Shown: one piece after another, positions 38,638-51,903 of the stretch
Numbering within the stretch: the stretch's first letter is position 1
How the letters are laid out: each line of letters starts with the position of its first letter
Source: Rhizodiscina lignyota
Lineage: Eukaryota
Assembly (NCBI GenBank): GCA_010015805.1
Contig: ML978128.1
Location: 372,001-436,000, forward strand
Direction: 5' to 3'
Length of the DNA stretch: 64,000 nt
Program-made: the position numbers and the translations under genes
Notes under the pieces: generated by a model
Seen by the model: the letters and a program-made list of their open reading frames with translations, nothing else
What the model was told of the DNA's origin: nothing
Databases searched by the model: none

Positions 38638-41600
38638 TTACCAGAAACTGCACCAGCCTATGTAGTGCTGACACAGATTCTCCAAGTTTGTCGCCTCGCG
38701 GATCAGCCTGTCGACCTGCTCGTCAACGTTCAACTCCTGCTGGCCTCTAAAGTCATTGCCAGTTAACTTCTCCTTCACGCGGCCTAGGACCTGGATCGCC
38801 CTGGCATTCTGCACTTCCTTGGCCTCGACATCGTTCATCTGCACCTGTTGCTGGAATGCGCTAGAACGATTGCGGGGCCTAAATGAAGATTCTCCAGGAC
38901 GCTCGCGAGACATAGTAGCAGCAGTAGGGTCTGTACCGATGATGCTGGCGCGACGTTCGGATGTGAACGACGTTTCATGCGGAGACTCGCGGTTGTTGAG
39001 ACGCCAAGTGAGGAGAGGATCGTGGATGAACTGTTTCAAGTGTTAGCATTCGCTCGTTAGCACCAGTGAAATTGAAGAACTTACAGCTTCAAGCACCGCC
39101 ATGACGCTCTCCTTATTCTGCCTCAGCACTCTCATGACGTGTTCGCACGTGGTACGGTAGCTTCCCTCAATATTACTGACTTCCATAGCGTAGGTCAACA
39201 TCCTCGTCAGACGGAACGGTACTCTCTCAGGATACTTCTCGCGATGCATCGCAACCTCGAAACAGTCACCAAAATCAACATGCACAATATTGCCCGTGAC
39301 CTTGTCGAGCATAATGTTCGACGGATGTCGATCGCCAAGTCCGAGGATGTAGCCGACCATGGACATAACTGCCAAACTACGGGTATAGTTGGTCCTCCGT
39401 CCCAACCATGCCTCGGAGCTCTTGCTCTTCAACCAAAGGACACGGTACAAGTCTTGGCCAGTAGTATTGTCGAGCGCATATCCAAACACCTCTACCTTCT
39501 GCATCAGGGTGAGAGAATCATAGTCTGGAGCCATCTGCAGCATAATCCTGTGCTCGATGTTGAGAAGGATCTTCCGGCCCTCCCTGTATTCTCGGATCAA
39601 CATGTGGAGAGTGTCAGAATTCGGCACCCATCCAAGCAATCCAGACTGCGTGGACAAAGGAATTGCAGAGTACCGCTGGATCTTGAGATGCCGCTTGCGG
39701 CACTCGTTGTCGTTGTCAAGCAGCGTATTGCATAGTCCGAAGAGTTGCATGACACGCTCATCCTGCCGAATGTCCTCATGACCCTTCAGCAAGTACATGT
39801 AATCGACTCCATCAGAGCCTTTGAGAATAAGTTGACGGGGCCGCTGCTTGGACGTGACAACAGTGGATACCGGATTGAAGGAGGCGATGCGAACAACCGG
39901 CTTGCCACTACGGTATGTTCCAGGCACTGCGAGGTCAAGATCTTGAACGGCCTTAAGCTTCGGCGACACATATTGCAGCTCAAGCGTCGTGAGCGAGGGC
40001 AACTGCCGCGCGATTTTGCGGAAGACTTGATAGTAAAGGTCCCAGGCCTGGTTGAGATCGCCGCGGTCACCCGATTGCTTGAAAGTTGTGCACCAATCAT
40101 AGGCTTCCTGCAGCTCGCGACCAAACGATTGAATGAAAGATATTTCTCGCAATGTCTCCGGTCCTTTCTCGAGCATGTTGTGCAACGGCGAAAGCACTGC
40201 AAACATGCCGTCGATGTTGTGGTCACCGAAGTACAGGCGTGAAGCCTCTTCCAGACCCTCGTGCCACTGCTCATGCCAAAGAACAGCGATACGGATAAGT
40301 TCACGGCTAACGAGCTCGGCCTGTTCTACCAAGATCGGAGAATGCTGTCTCATGGCTTCCATCAGTTGCATCGCCGACCTTGATCGCTTGGACATATCCG
40401 AATTGACAGCCACCGTAAGCGGGAAGACAAGTGCTTGAGGATGTGCGCGGCCAAGATCCATAAGCAGCTTATGGATTGATTGGCGGACTTTTGGGTTCGG
40501 CTGGTTGATACGCGCAAGGAGTTGAGGAATCACTTCCAGCCATGTATCAACACTGACTGTTCCGACGCCCTCGGTGACAGCTTGGTTGACCTCTGGATGT
40601 CCTCCATGAGCGAACCAGAGTGTCAGAAGACGCAGAGCATCTTGGAGCGAACTGGTGGATGAGAGCGCGATCGAATGAAAGAATCCATGAATGGCTGGTA
40701 CGACATGATCATGTATGATGTTTGGGGGTACATCTGCCGTCTCTTTCTCTCTAGCAGACGTTAAGGACGTAACGACCTCAAAATTCGCGAGCGCCCAGGC
40801 ATGCCAGGCCTTATACCACGTTGGATTGTATCGAGTTGCCGCATGGTAGGACGATAGAATGTCGTGGACGTGCTCGTGCTTCCAGTCGCCATTATACATC
40901 ATTGCCTGCCACTCGCCCTGCTTCAGGAAACATTTTGCAAGAAGCTTGTAGTCTTCTGTGAAGTCCTTCGGTGCTGGTTGACTTGCAGAGCCACCAAGCC
41001 CTCCATTCATCGTGCCGTTGATTCCGTTTAAGGCATGAACGTTGGGACTTGTCGCTGAACTCATAGCAACTTCCCTTGCTTTTCCCTGGACTTCGTCTGC
41101 GATTTTGCCGCTGAAATTCTTCAACGTCTCCAGTGCGATTTCCCTCTCACCGGTCGACCACATGAACTTGAACGCAGCGTAGGCGACCGGGTAAGGAATG
41201 TTGCTCTCCGAATTCCTGACATAGTCCTGGATTCTCTCATTTGTGTTCAAAAGACCGTGCAAGCTCTTCTCTGCAAGTCCCATCCTTGAGTTCTTCCGGC
41301 ACAAGTTCGTGAATTTGATCCACATTTGCATGTTGTCCTTGGGGCTGATGACCAGGGCTCTGACTTTCAGCATCCGCTGCCAGACCTCCGGGTTTGGTTG
41401 GCAGCCTCTCAGTCTCTTCATCCAGGTCTCAATCATAGTTGCTAGCTTTTCGGGGTTGTTGAGATTGCGCTTGTACTCGATGATCTCTTCCAACTCGGCG
41501 AGCATCTGCACCCTCAGCATTTGCAAATAAGCTCTGTCGTAACTCTCTCCCAGTAAGGCGCTTAGTTCCGTTTCAATCAAGCCTCGCGCTTTATCGATAT

Positions 41601-44600
41601 GCTTGTTCGCATCCTCGAATTGATTCCGATGAATTGCTAGGATGGCTGCAAAGAAACTCTTGTCCGGACTGCTGCTCTTCATGATTGACAGATAATTGTC
41701 CATAAGCTCCCATTGGCCCAGGCCCCACGCGGCGCTGGCGGCAAGCTGAGCGATTGTCTTGCGGACTTCGTTGCTTGCATGATTCCATTTCTCCTGAGCC
41801 AAGTTTGACAAGGTCTCCCATTCTCCCAGGGCATGAAGACAACGCATCTTGCCCATGGTGGTCTCAAATGTCTCACCCTCCTCTTTCTCGCGTTTCTGAT
41901 ATGATGTCAGTGCTTCTTCCCATCGGAAGAGCTTCTCGAACCATGATTCTTTCAACTCGACATCGTGATAGTTTTGTGCTTTGCGGAGAATGCCAAATGC
42001 TGCGTCGTATTGCTGGAGCTGGTTGTTGATGGATATCAGAGCTTCGACGGCGCTTGGATTTTGCTCCGCGTTGAACTCAAGCTCCTTGTAGTGTAAGGCT
42101 TTCGCAAAGGCGTGGCATTTAGCGGCGTAAAGACCTAGGGCGCGGACATCGATCGGCAATGCTTTATCGTCGTGCTCCATAAACTCAGCTAAATTCAGAA
42201 GGATATGCAAGATCTCCGGCGGCGTATTGTCAGCAGTAAGCGCCGTCTCAATAGCTCGCACAAGCTCCTCCTGATACTGATCATAGAGTTCAGTCCAGCA
42301 AGAGATAAAGGCGGAATTGAACAGGCTTCTTGCAACGGGTCCATAAACAGCAGCAAGAGGCGTGCAGGCTCTCAAAGCTTGTTGAGGTGATTCACGCAAA
42401 AGCTCGACGCTGAATCTACGCATCCATTCCATCCAGTCTTCACGCGTCGATTTAGACTCGGCATCCCAGGCACTCTTCAGATGTTGCTGGTTGACTGCGA
42501 ACTTCTTGGTCTGAATTTCGGTGAGATGCGTGTCTTCGTCATCGTCGCCATACCTCTCGTCTGGGCTTAGGTCTTGAGGTAGAGGCTCGCCTTTTTCCAA
42601 TTTGCTGACGATTCTGGTGTAGTTGTCGTGTGTGATTTTGTTCGCAGCAAGGACCTTGTTCACCGTCGGAATGAAATGTATATAGTCCGGGCCAAGTTGA
42701 TATATAAGAGCGCAGAGAGTGTCGAGAGCAGTTGCTCGGAGGTTGGGATCGCCGCCTTGCAGGATTCTGATGAGTGGGTGTATCATTCTTGCAGCGAACT
42801 CAGATATATTGACTTGTCTTGACAGCCTTCCAAGTGTCTCAATCGCCTGTCTTTTTATAGGCAATGGCTGTCCAGGTTTGTCGAACATCCGGACGATTGT
42901 TGGAATTATCAAATGCATGTACTCCTCAGCGCTGGAGCCAAAGACCAGAAATGCATGTAGGACTCTTATGGATGGGACCCTGTTGGGTGTTGTGTCTGAG
43001 TCGAGAACCCCAAGCATCAAGGGGAGGATGCTAGCCAAGTGGACTTTGAACTCTCCTTCGAGAGATCTCGAAATGGATTCAATAAGTGAGAGGATTGTTG
43101 CCTGCCTCGTCTCATCTCGGTAATTCCAGAACTCGCCAACCGTGGCCAAGATATCCGGTAGAAAAGGTCTGATGTGCTGCCTCACGATCCTCACAAGCAT
43201 GCTTAGCTGGTTGAAATAACCGTGCACATTTCCAGGCGCGGCCGCATGAATAACAGAGAGAAAGCCAGGAACAACTTGGTTGAGGAATGGCACACACTTC
43301 AAGCCCATTGTGGCGTAGATGTTCATGACTGCCTCAATGACTGCTTGATGGTATTGCGAGAGGGAAGTGTCTTTCAAAAGACCCATGAGAGTGTTGATGA
43401 CCACGGTAGGATAATATTCCTCATTCGAGGGAGTGATTCCTTGCATGATCAGCGATACGTCGGTGACCGCCTGAGCTTCGGCGACAAGGTTGCTCTCGGG
43501 TGACTGTTCAGAGATCTTTTGCTGCTCATCAGGGTCTAAAGCACCAAGAATACCCATCAACTTCACTGTTTCACGACGTAGTTCGTTCGCATCCTCTCCC
43601 TTGACAATGTTCTTGAGAATGAGTAGTAGCTCCGGATACTCTTTGTACGGCTCAATAACATAGCCGGCACTTTCGGCTAGCTTGCTCAGCGCATGTAGAG
43701 CTGCGATTCTCTTTGTGTTAGAGCTGAGGTCCTGCAAATTCTCGATAATGATGCTCATAAGCTTCGGTATGTACTGCTTCATGTCTTCGCCTCCAACAAT
43801 CGAAAGATTGCCGATAGCTTCTAGCGTTGCTGACGAGACTTCAGGGTTGTTGTCCCTTGCCTTGGGCAAGAGCACCTCAATCATTGGGGTGACATAGGGC
43901 TTGATAAGTTTCGAGGAAGCATTGACCAAATGACTGATGAGCTTCGCACTTTGCTCCTTGTTCCTCGGACTGTCAGAGTATTCGACTTCTGTGAGCAGCT
44001 GGATGAGAACCTTTCGAAGCGATGGGAAGACGTAGGCTGGATTGACGTTCGTCAAGCGGCCAATGATGGTCATAGCCGCTTCGCGAATAGGGAAAATTTC
44101 GTCATTGAGAGCCAGGAATAGCGTCCTGACATTCTCAGCTTTTCCAAGGTGCCTGTCAAAGCGTGCGTCAAGAGACATGAGCACAGTCCGGCGGATTTCA
44201 GGCTCATTGTCGGCAACTCCAACCGTAAGGAGCCTCTCGATGACATCGCCCACAACTTGAATTGCATGCTGACTGGTTTGAAACACGATCGGGTCTCGGA
44301 CAAAGAGCTGACAGCAAGTTAGAGCTGCGGCTTTTCGAATCTCCGGATTGTCGGCGTCGACATATTTTATGGCGACATCCCGCACAAACTCATTCAGCAC
44401 ATGACCCGAGAAGTCAAAACTGCCGAGTGTGTGAAGGGCTAGAGCAATTTCGGCTTCCTTCTGCACAACCACTTGAGGGTCTTTGTGATCTCGCGTCCAG
44501 ATCAGAGGTCGAGCTGCGGCGTGGTAAGGGCTGCCTAGAGCTAGGAATGGGCGGCCACAGAGAACTTGGCTGAGGAGGTCGAGAAGTTTGTCTTGGATCG

Positions 44601-46024
44601 CAGGTTTGGAAGGTGGGACGTAGTGTGCCATATCCACCAAAGCCTGAGTCAGAGAGTCACTGAGACCGCACTGGAACATCGGGTCCAAAAGTCCAGGAAC
44701 GTATTTACTGAGCGTCTGTTCGACGGCAATGGAGACCATGCTGAGACATTCAAAGACGGGTGCCTCATCGATCTGCTTGTTTCTTCTGCAAGGGTTATAG
44801 GATCCGTATTAAAGTGTTCGAGAAGATTGGACTTACGTCTTCGCGAGTAGGGCGTCACGGATGTGGCTGAGAATGCCATCCACATAAGGCACAATCTTTG
44901 CCTTAACCGCCAGCGCAATATTCCCAATCGTGACAAAAGCTGCAGTGTTATCTTTTAACTTTCTGTTGATGAGATTCTGGAGCCAAAGCATGCACATGTG
45001 AAGGTAGTTGTTAGTGAACTTATCCGGCGAGTATCCTGCAAGTGTTGGAATAATGTTGAGGACCTCTCGCCTAATGATCGGATCTTTGTGCTCCTTGTAG
45101 CGAAAGACGATGTCGCAAGCCTCTCGATATCTGTTGCCGTCCATGTACATTCCACCCTTTAACAGTAGCTGCTTCACGGTGAGCAGTGACCCGTGGATAG
45201 ACTCTGTCGTGTTGAGCGCAAAGCCCTTGAGAACTTCGTCGTAGAGACGAGAAAAATTCTGCATCCGCTGTCTCTCATCTCGCTGGGTGGTGATCTCCAA
45301 GCAGGCGCCCACTGCGTCTGAAGCCGTCTCTCGAATCAAGTATTTTGGATCCCGAAGTGCTACCCAAATGAATTCGAGGACTGTCGGAACGTACTGGTAC
45401 ATCAGCGTGGCCGAACTTTTCGCAAGTTCACGCATGATGAGGACAGCAGCAAGTCTGTGGTTTTCCACCCGTGTAGGATCCTGCAAGTATTCCAGCGCAT
45501 TATGTATCTCAGATTCCACCAACTCAGCAGTGAGAGTGCCTCCAGGTGTAGCCAGCCGACCTATCGCCTGGGCTGCGAGAAACATAGCTGCGGTATCATT
45601 TCCAGCAAGGACTCCGTTAAGGACGTTTGAGAATCGCGTCGTCTTTTGTCCGGCATCATCGCCTTTGAAATCGATCATGGCAATGAGGGCACGGATGCCC
45701 CCGATGCGCTCATTCGTGTCGACGCCATGAGAGACTAAACGCGTTATGCGGTGCAGGATATCGTTGTAGTTGGCCTGAAACTGGCCGGCAGGGAGCTCTG
45801 TAGACGTATTAGATCCAGAAACCAATATGATGCCTCTCCAACATACCGCGATATGCGACATCGGTATTTTGGCGAAGGGTCGCCGCCGCCCTCTGCCTCA
45901 CTTCATCATTTCTGCTGCTAGTGTCAGTAGGATTTCGTGATTGAAGCTGCAAGTGAAGCTCGTACCTGGATCTTAGCTCCTGGAATATGCGATCCAGAGC
46001 CTCCCTCGAAACTTGCGCCGCCAT
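38638..46024 (-). CDS. TOR: TOR phosphatidylinositol kinase-related kinase, 5 exons
   Basis: HEAT repeats, FAT, FRB ([18 protein letters not shown]...[10 protein letters not shown]), kinase ([23 protein letters not shown]) and FATC ([12 protein letters not shown]). Four introns. Confidence 0.98.
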
Positions 46025-46387
46025 TTTGGTGAATTCGGGCTCTGCCTCCTCAAGCCCGTGTAGATTGAAGCTCCCCTGCGGCCATGGGCTCGCAAGAGAA
46101 AGTTGACAAGATTGTGAGGGCTGTCAACTTTCTCGGTGAAACGGGCACAAGAGCTGGTGGTCATCTGCGGCGTTGGAGTGCAACCTTGCAGGATAATGTC
46201 ACCGCCTCAGCTACAGCCCGCCGTAAACTTTTATTCCCCGCAAAGCTGGCCGTTTGCTTGGCGTGTTTCCCTGCGCAACACATCAAAACACCGTCGCCTC
46301 ACCATCACCATTGGACCTCCACAAGTGCACTTTCCGGCATTTCTCTTTCGACTTTACTTTCGGTACACTCATTCTCGATTATTTAAA

Positions 46388-47899
46388 ATGGCGCAGCGAG
46401 GCCACGAGGCTCCCATGGATTTTTCATGGAACGACGGCGTCGGACCCGTCGATACTGCGTCGCCTTTCGCCAGCGTCTCGCGCACTACAAACGCATTCAA
46501 AAGTACGACAGCCACGCTCTCTCCTTTGGCCTCAACATGCGAAGAGACTAACTTGCGCAATTTCCCAGATCCTTTTGGAAGTTTCCAATCTCAATCCCAG
46601 TCCCAACCTCCGATCATGCGAGCACCAGCCTCCCAGCCACATTCCTTTTCGAGCACGAACAAGCCACTGCCAGCGCGACCATCGAGCAGCGCCGCTGACA
46701 GCAAGTCTCAGCCGATTGACTTCGTCACCCCACGAAAGCAAAAGCCTCTCGTCGACCTTGACACATCTGGGGGAGAAACACCAAATACGCCAGATAACAA
46801 CGCGGACAGCGAGGCCACACCAGCGTCCAAAATGGGTGTGAAGAGCTTCATCTTTGGCGCTAGCACGAAGGACCCTTCGAGCCCTAGTCCTGACAAGGCG
46901 GGGAAGAGACGGAGAGAAAGCGTCTTCAAGAATTTATTCAGCAGCTCAGGAAGAGGAGAAATACGCCCACTCCCACACAATCCAGAGAGCAAAGTCAAGA
47001 AGAAGCGCTCGAAGAAGGCTTTGATTCGCAAGCTAGAAAAAGAGGATACAGACTATATTGATGAAGATGGTGACAGCAGCCCAGTTGCGCCAAAGAATGC
47101 AAAGCCGCCCAAAAAGAAGCGAAACGTTTCCAACAATGCTGCCGCCATGACCCTCGCAGATCAACACCCGCAGCAGCGGACCGCGAATGGTTCTTGGTAC
47201 TCCTTCTTCGACTTCCTCGAATCACATCCATCACTCCCTACCGTCCTCTCATATTATGCTCAGCTTCTCCTGAACTGTTTCATAATCTTCGGCATCATGT
47301 ACATCTTCTACTCCTTCTACGCCACCATCCGTTCGGACGTCGACGAGGCGGCAGCACATGCCGAGGCAGAAGCGCTAGCGGAGATTGTTCTCTGCGTGAA
47401 GAACTACAAAGAGAATGAATGTGACGGTGGAGCGAATGGAAGAGTGCTGCCAGCAATGGAGCAAGTGTGCAAGAACTGGGAGCAGTGCTCGAAGCGCGAT
47501 CCAAAGAAAGTCGGCAGAGCGAGAGTGAGCGCACACACATTTGCGCGCATCTTCAACTCCTTCATCGAGCCGATCAGTTACAAGGCCATGATTTTCACCC
47601 TCTTCGTCATCTTCGGCACTGTGTTCATCTCGAATCTCGCATTTGGCTTCTTCCGCTCCAAAGCCGCCGGTGCCGCATCCTTTACTCCTCAGCAGTACCT
47701 ATATCCACCAGCAACTCCGTCAAGACATCCAAGCGGGGCTGGCATGCTGGAAGGACCGTATGGTGGACCCTTTACGCCGCATCATCCGCAGTGGCAGTAC
47801 GGCATTGAACCAGCTCCAAGTCAGGTGTTCGGTAGAACTCCAAGTGGTGGAGCAAGTCAGGGACAAGGCAGCCCTGTGAAGAAATTGGACTTCTTGTAA
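46388..47899 (+). CDS. BRL1: Brl1/Brr6 nuclear envelope protein
   Basis: Two TM helices flank four Cys (CVKNYKENEC...CKNWEQC), plus ARVSAHTFARIFNSFIEPISYK. Start MAQRGHEAPMDF at 46388. Probable 66-nt intron at 46503-46568. Confidence 0.88.
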   Translation: MAQRGHEAPMDFSWNDGVGPVDTASPFASVSRTTNAFKSTTATLSPLASTCEETNLRNFPDPFGSFQSQSQSQPPIMRAPASQPHSFSSTNKPLPARPSSSAADSKSQPIDFVTPRKQKPLVDLDTSGGETPNTPDNNADSEATPASKMGVKSFIFGASTKDPSSPSPDKAGKRRRESVFKNLFSSSGRGEIRPLPHNPESKVKKKRSKKALIRKLEKEDTDYIDEDGDSSPVAPKNAKPPKKKRNVSNNAAAMTLADQHPQQRTANGSWYSFFDFLESHPSLPTVLSYYAQLLLNCFIIFGIMYIFYSFYATIRSDVDEAAAHAEAEALAEIVLCVKNYKENECDGGANGRVLPAMEQVCKNWEQCSKRDPKKVGRARVSAHTFARIFNSFIEPISYKAMIFTLFVIFGTVFISNLAFGFFRSKAAGAASFTPQQYLYPPATPSRHPSGAGMLEGPYGGPFTPHHPQWQYGIEPAPSQVFGRTPSGGASQGQGSPVKKLDFL

Positions 47900-48605
47900 A
47901 TTATCGCATGTTCGGCTTCTGCGTCTGCTTTTATCTGTTTGGTCAACAAAGCCGGTACTTTGCATAGCGTGGCAAGGAGGCTGGGATTGGATATATTGGA
48001 GCAATGCAGTTTACAGTAACACGTCTAAATATCACATCCTTTTTGCCGGTAATCCCTACCCGGTGATCATTATCTCCTTGAGTTATTACGAAGTGTGTCG
48101 TTTGCTCTCTGAGCGCAGGTCTAAGGTCCGTGTATCGGGTACTCTACTTTTCGTAGAACATACAAGACACCTCAATGCTTGTGTAAATCGTGATGTGCTG
48201 TTTCTTCTTCGTATTGAACCAGGCCCAGGAACTTTCCGCGGAAGGAGTTGATTAGCCTATTCCTTGCAAGTTTGTGCACCCTACTTTCGGACGCCTTAAA
48301 CAATTAATGAAACATTAATGCTGGTCCGGTGATATAAGGTAGGCAAGAATGCGGCCGCGCGCATCTTCGCCGACGCAGCCAACCACTGCAGCGACGATCC
48401 ACCTGTCTATAGCCTTCCGTCCATGCCGAAGCGTCACACGGCAGACCGCATGAGGTTCCTCACGAGTGGGCGTACGTGAGATACATCATTTCTCGGAAAT
48501 CCATACACAGGCAAAAAACACGAACCCCGACGGAGGTTTGATGTAGCCGACCCCCTCATGGCTCCTCATAATTCACCCGAACACGCAGCAGAGGCAAGAA
48601 AGATA

Positions 48606-49647
48606 CCGAGGCGAAATCCTCATGTGAGCTTGAATTGACGAATGGAACAGTTCCAGGATCGGGATTCCAGGGGGACGAGGAAGCTTCTGACATCAGCTTG
48701 TTGGGCCTGCTAGCCTAGATCCTCTAGTCCCAAGATGCAATTGGTCTATAAAAATTTCCTAATGTGAGTGTAGAACCCACGAAATGCGAAACTCTCTCTC
48801 GAATAAATATTATATTTGTTCGAGGCTCAGGAGGAGAGAACCTCGCGGTGCAAATATTCGTCCGAGCGGTTCAACAGCGGCGCTCTTTTCTCGCATAGGA
48901 AATGTTGCGATGCAATGGCGATGGAATAGTGCGGAATGCGCACTATGATGCCAGGGATGCACACTCATTTCAGCCACGATCTGCCGGTACCGGCCCGCTG
49001 GGCTTCTTGCATGCCATGCGTCACAGCGTCTGTAGCTCGCCGAGTCGCATCTCATCCTCAGCGGTCACCGACAAGCTGACTGTCTTCAAATTTTGTGGGA
49101 AGTGAAGGGGAGGAAAAGATTAATCATCAAATAAGACGCCCATGAAGACAATTGTTCTCACCCTACCTCACTATTTTATACTACGCCCTCCGGACACTGA
49201 ATTCCGATTGCTTTGCCGCTGAGTCGGAACTCGTAGTGTTCGTCTATTGGAGAGAGCATTGTACCCATTCGGGCCCTTTGGACAAACGTGGCAGGGGCAT
49301 GCATCACAGAGTCGGCGATAAGTTTATTTCGACGTCAAAACTGTCAGCGTTATTTTCGGGGTTTCCTATCCCTGACCACCACAGTCTCTCTTTGCCTACC
49401 GAGGCGCGGACGAAAGCGGCCTAGCTACGTGCGTATCAATGAGCCGCGCGTAGCATGAAGCCGCGGAGACTTGCTATTTGCTGTATCGTATCCTGTATTC
49501 AACTTCGTATCGCACGAGCCGTTCATGGTTGCTGGTAACTTCAACAGAGGTTAGAACTTCTTGGCTTGGGAGGTCCAGCCTCGTCCAATGACAGGTATCC
49601 TAATTCGTCTTAGCGAAGACGTTGGCCTGGTTGGAGGCTGGCCGAGG
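48606..49647 (+). promoter_or_regulatory. Three CCGAGG (FarA/CTF1-type) motifs upstream of the CYP52-clan gene
   Basis: CCGAGG at 48606, 49399 and 49642. The first two share the 10-mer TACCGAGGCG. Confidence 0.35.
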
Positions 49648-50298
49648 AATTTCGAGAACCTCTTTTGCCTGGGCATGTGGGGAAGGCGGGATATTGCAGG
49701 AATAATCCAAGAGACTGGCTAGCCACCGTTCTGGACATGACGGAAGCGTAGACAAGTTTAGCAGTTCGCCCGAAAGTTCGTGCCTAGTTACCTGATTTCC
49801 ACGGCGGTCGACGGGCCTTGTGCATGTCTGTGTGCATGTCTGCTGGAGGAGTCAAGAGCCAGCCATCCATCCTTGCCGTGGCCGCCAGAAGGGGCCCAGG
49901 AAAATCGGATACCACGAGACGGCGTAAGACTGCGTCCGATCGCTACGCTAGGTCACACTCGAGAGTTCTCAGCCCGTCGTCGCTCCTCGCTGTTTTAAGC
50001 TTAACTTGAGATGGACAAGGCCTGAACGTCAGCTCTTGCCCCCGCCATGATGTCGCTTAGCTGTCTTTAAGCGTCCCACTCCCGCCTTTGTTCTCTCAGG
50101 TTCTGAACGTCCTTACGTCTCATCTCATATCTACCTTTGTCCCTTCGGGCTCATTTTCAACTGTTTGAGTCTATCTCTTTGCCGCTGTAGCCAAATTTCA
50201 ACTTGGATCTGTCGTCTAGTGTTCTACGATTTTGTGGAAGATAGGGAGAGAAAGAGCGCTTTTTACAGACGTTGTTGTCCAACTTCGAACTTTCCATC

Positions 50299-51903
50299 AT
50301 GGCAATTACAGACGCTATCAGGCTGACGCCGACGACCCTTGCGGGCGTGTTCGGTGTAGCCCTGTTGCTCTACACCATCTACAGCAGAATCACTTTGCGC
50401 CTGTCTCGTCAAAAAGTGATGCGAGAGAACGGATGTCAACCACTCGTGCATAAGATCCCGCTGAAGGATCCATTCCTAGGCATTGATCTCATCATGGAGA
50501 ATGCGAAGGCAGCAAAGGAGACCAGGCTCCTCGAAAACGGACAGGCCCGCTTCCACAAGTACGGCAGGACGTACAAGAGCAAGCTCGCCGACAATGACAT
50601 GATAATAACGATGGAGCCGGAGAACATCAAGACCGTCCTCTCGCTGAAGTTTAAAGATTATGTACTCACAAACCGCATGCGGCTTCTCGGGAGATTGCTT
50701 GGCCCAGGTATCTTCACGTCGGACGGAGAAGCATGGCAGCACTCGCGAGGACTGCTCCGTCCAAACTTCGCCCGTGACCAGCTTGCCGACATTGAGGCTT
50801 TCGAGGGCCATATCCAGTACATGTTCAAGGCGATTCCAACAGATGGCCGTACTGTCGACTTGCAAGAGCTCTTCTTCCGCCTGACCATCGATTCCGCCAC
50901 CGAATTCCTGTTTGGTGAGAGCGTTCACAGCCTTCGTATGACCAGCGATAAAGGTGGCCCAGACGAATCCAACTTCACTTGGGCATTCACCTACGCCCAG
51001 GATGCCGCTGTCAAGCGATCTCGATGGGGCAAGCTCGGAATCTTCTTCAGCAACAAAGACGAGGATGAAGCTTGCAGGATGTGCCACGAATTTGTGGATC
51101 GCTTCGTTGACAAGGCCGTGCGTTACCGGGAACAGGAGGATTTGGAGAAGGGATCAGGCGAGAAACCCTCGGATAAGCATTACATCTTCTTGTACGAGCT
51201 GGCCAAAGCAACCAAGGATAAGGCCCAGCTAAGGAGCGAGATGATGAACATCCTGCTTGCAGGAAGAGATACGACGGCTAGCTTGCTGAGCAATATGTTC
51301 TTCATGATCGCAAAGAACCCACAGATATGGGAGAGGTTGCAGCGCGAGGTCCAGGACACGCTTCACGGAGAATTGCCCACGTATGAGCAGCTGCGTAACA
51401 TGAAGTACCTGAAGTACTGCCTAAATGAATGTAAGAGTGTCTCGCCCAACTACTGACGTTAATGATTGCTGACATGATATCCTGTAGCTCTCCGCATCCA
51501 CCCCGTCGTCCCCGCCAACTCTCGCCGTGCGATCCGCGACACCATCATCCCTCTTGGTGGCGGTCCAGACGGCCGTTCCCCACTGCTCGTCGAGAAGGGC
51601 ACTGTCGTCGGTTATTCCCCGTGGTCCATGCACCGCGATGAGCGCTGGTACGGCCCCGATGCTGCTGAGTACCGACCAGAACGCTGGGAAAACCTCCGAC
51701 CGGGATGGGAGTACCTTCCATTTAACGGCGGCCCTAGAATCTGCCTTGGCCAGCAGTATGCGCTCACAGAGGCAAGCTACACGACAGTCAGGATCTGCCA
51801 GCAGTTTAGCAAGTTGGAGAGCAGAGATGACGGCCCGTGGAGGGAGGGCCTCACATTGACGATGTGCTCGAAGAACGGGTGCCATGTTGCACTTTCGCCG
51901 TAA
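50299..51903 (+). CDS. Cytochrome P450, CYP52 clan (alkane/fatty-acid hydroxylase-like), 2 exons
   Basis: N-terminal [23 protein letters not shown] (I-helix), ESLR across intron 51431-51487, PERW, and heme motif [10 protein letters not shown]. Confidence 0.95.
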
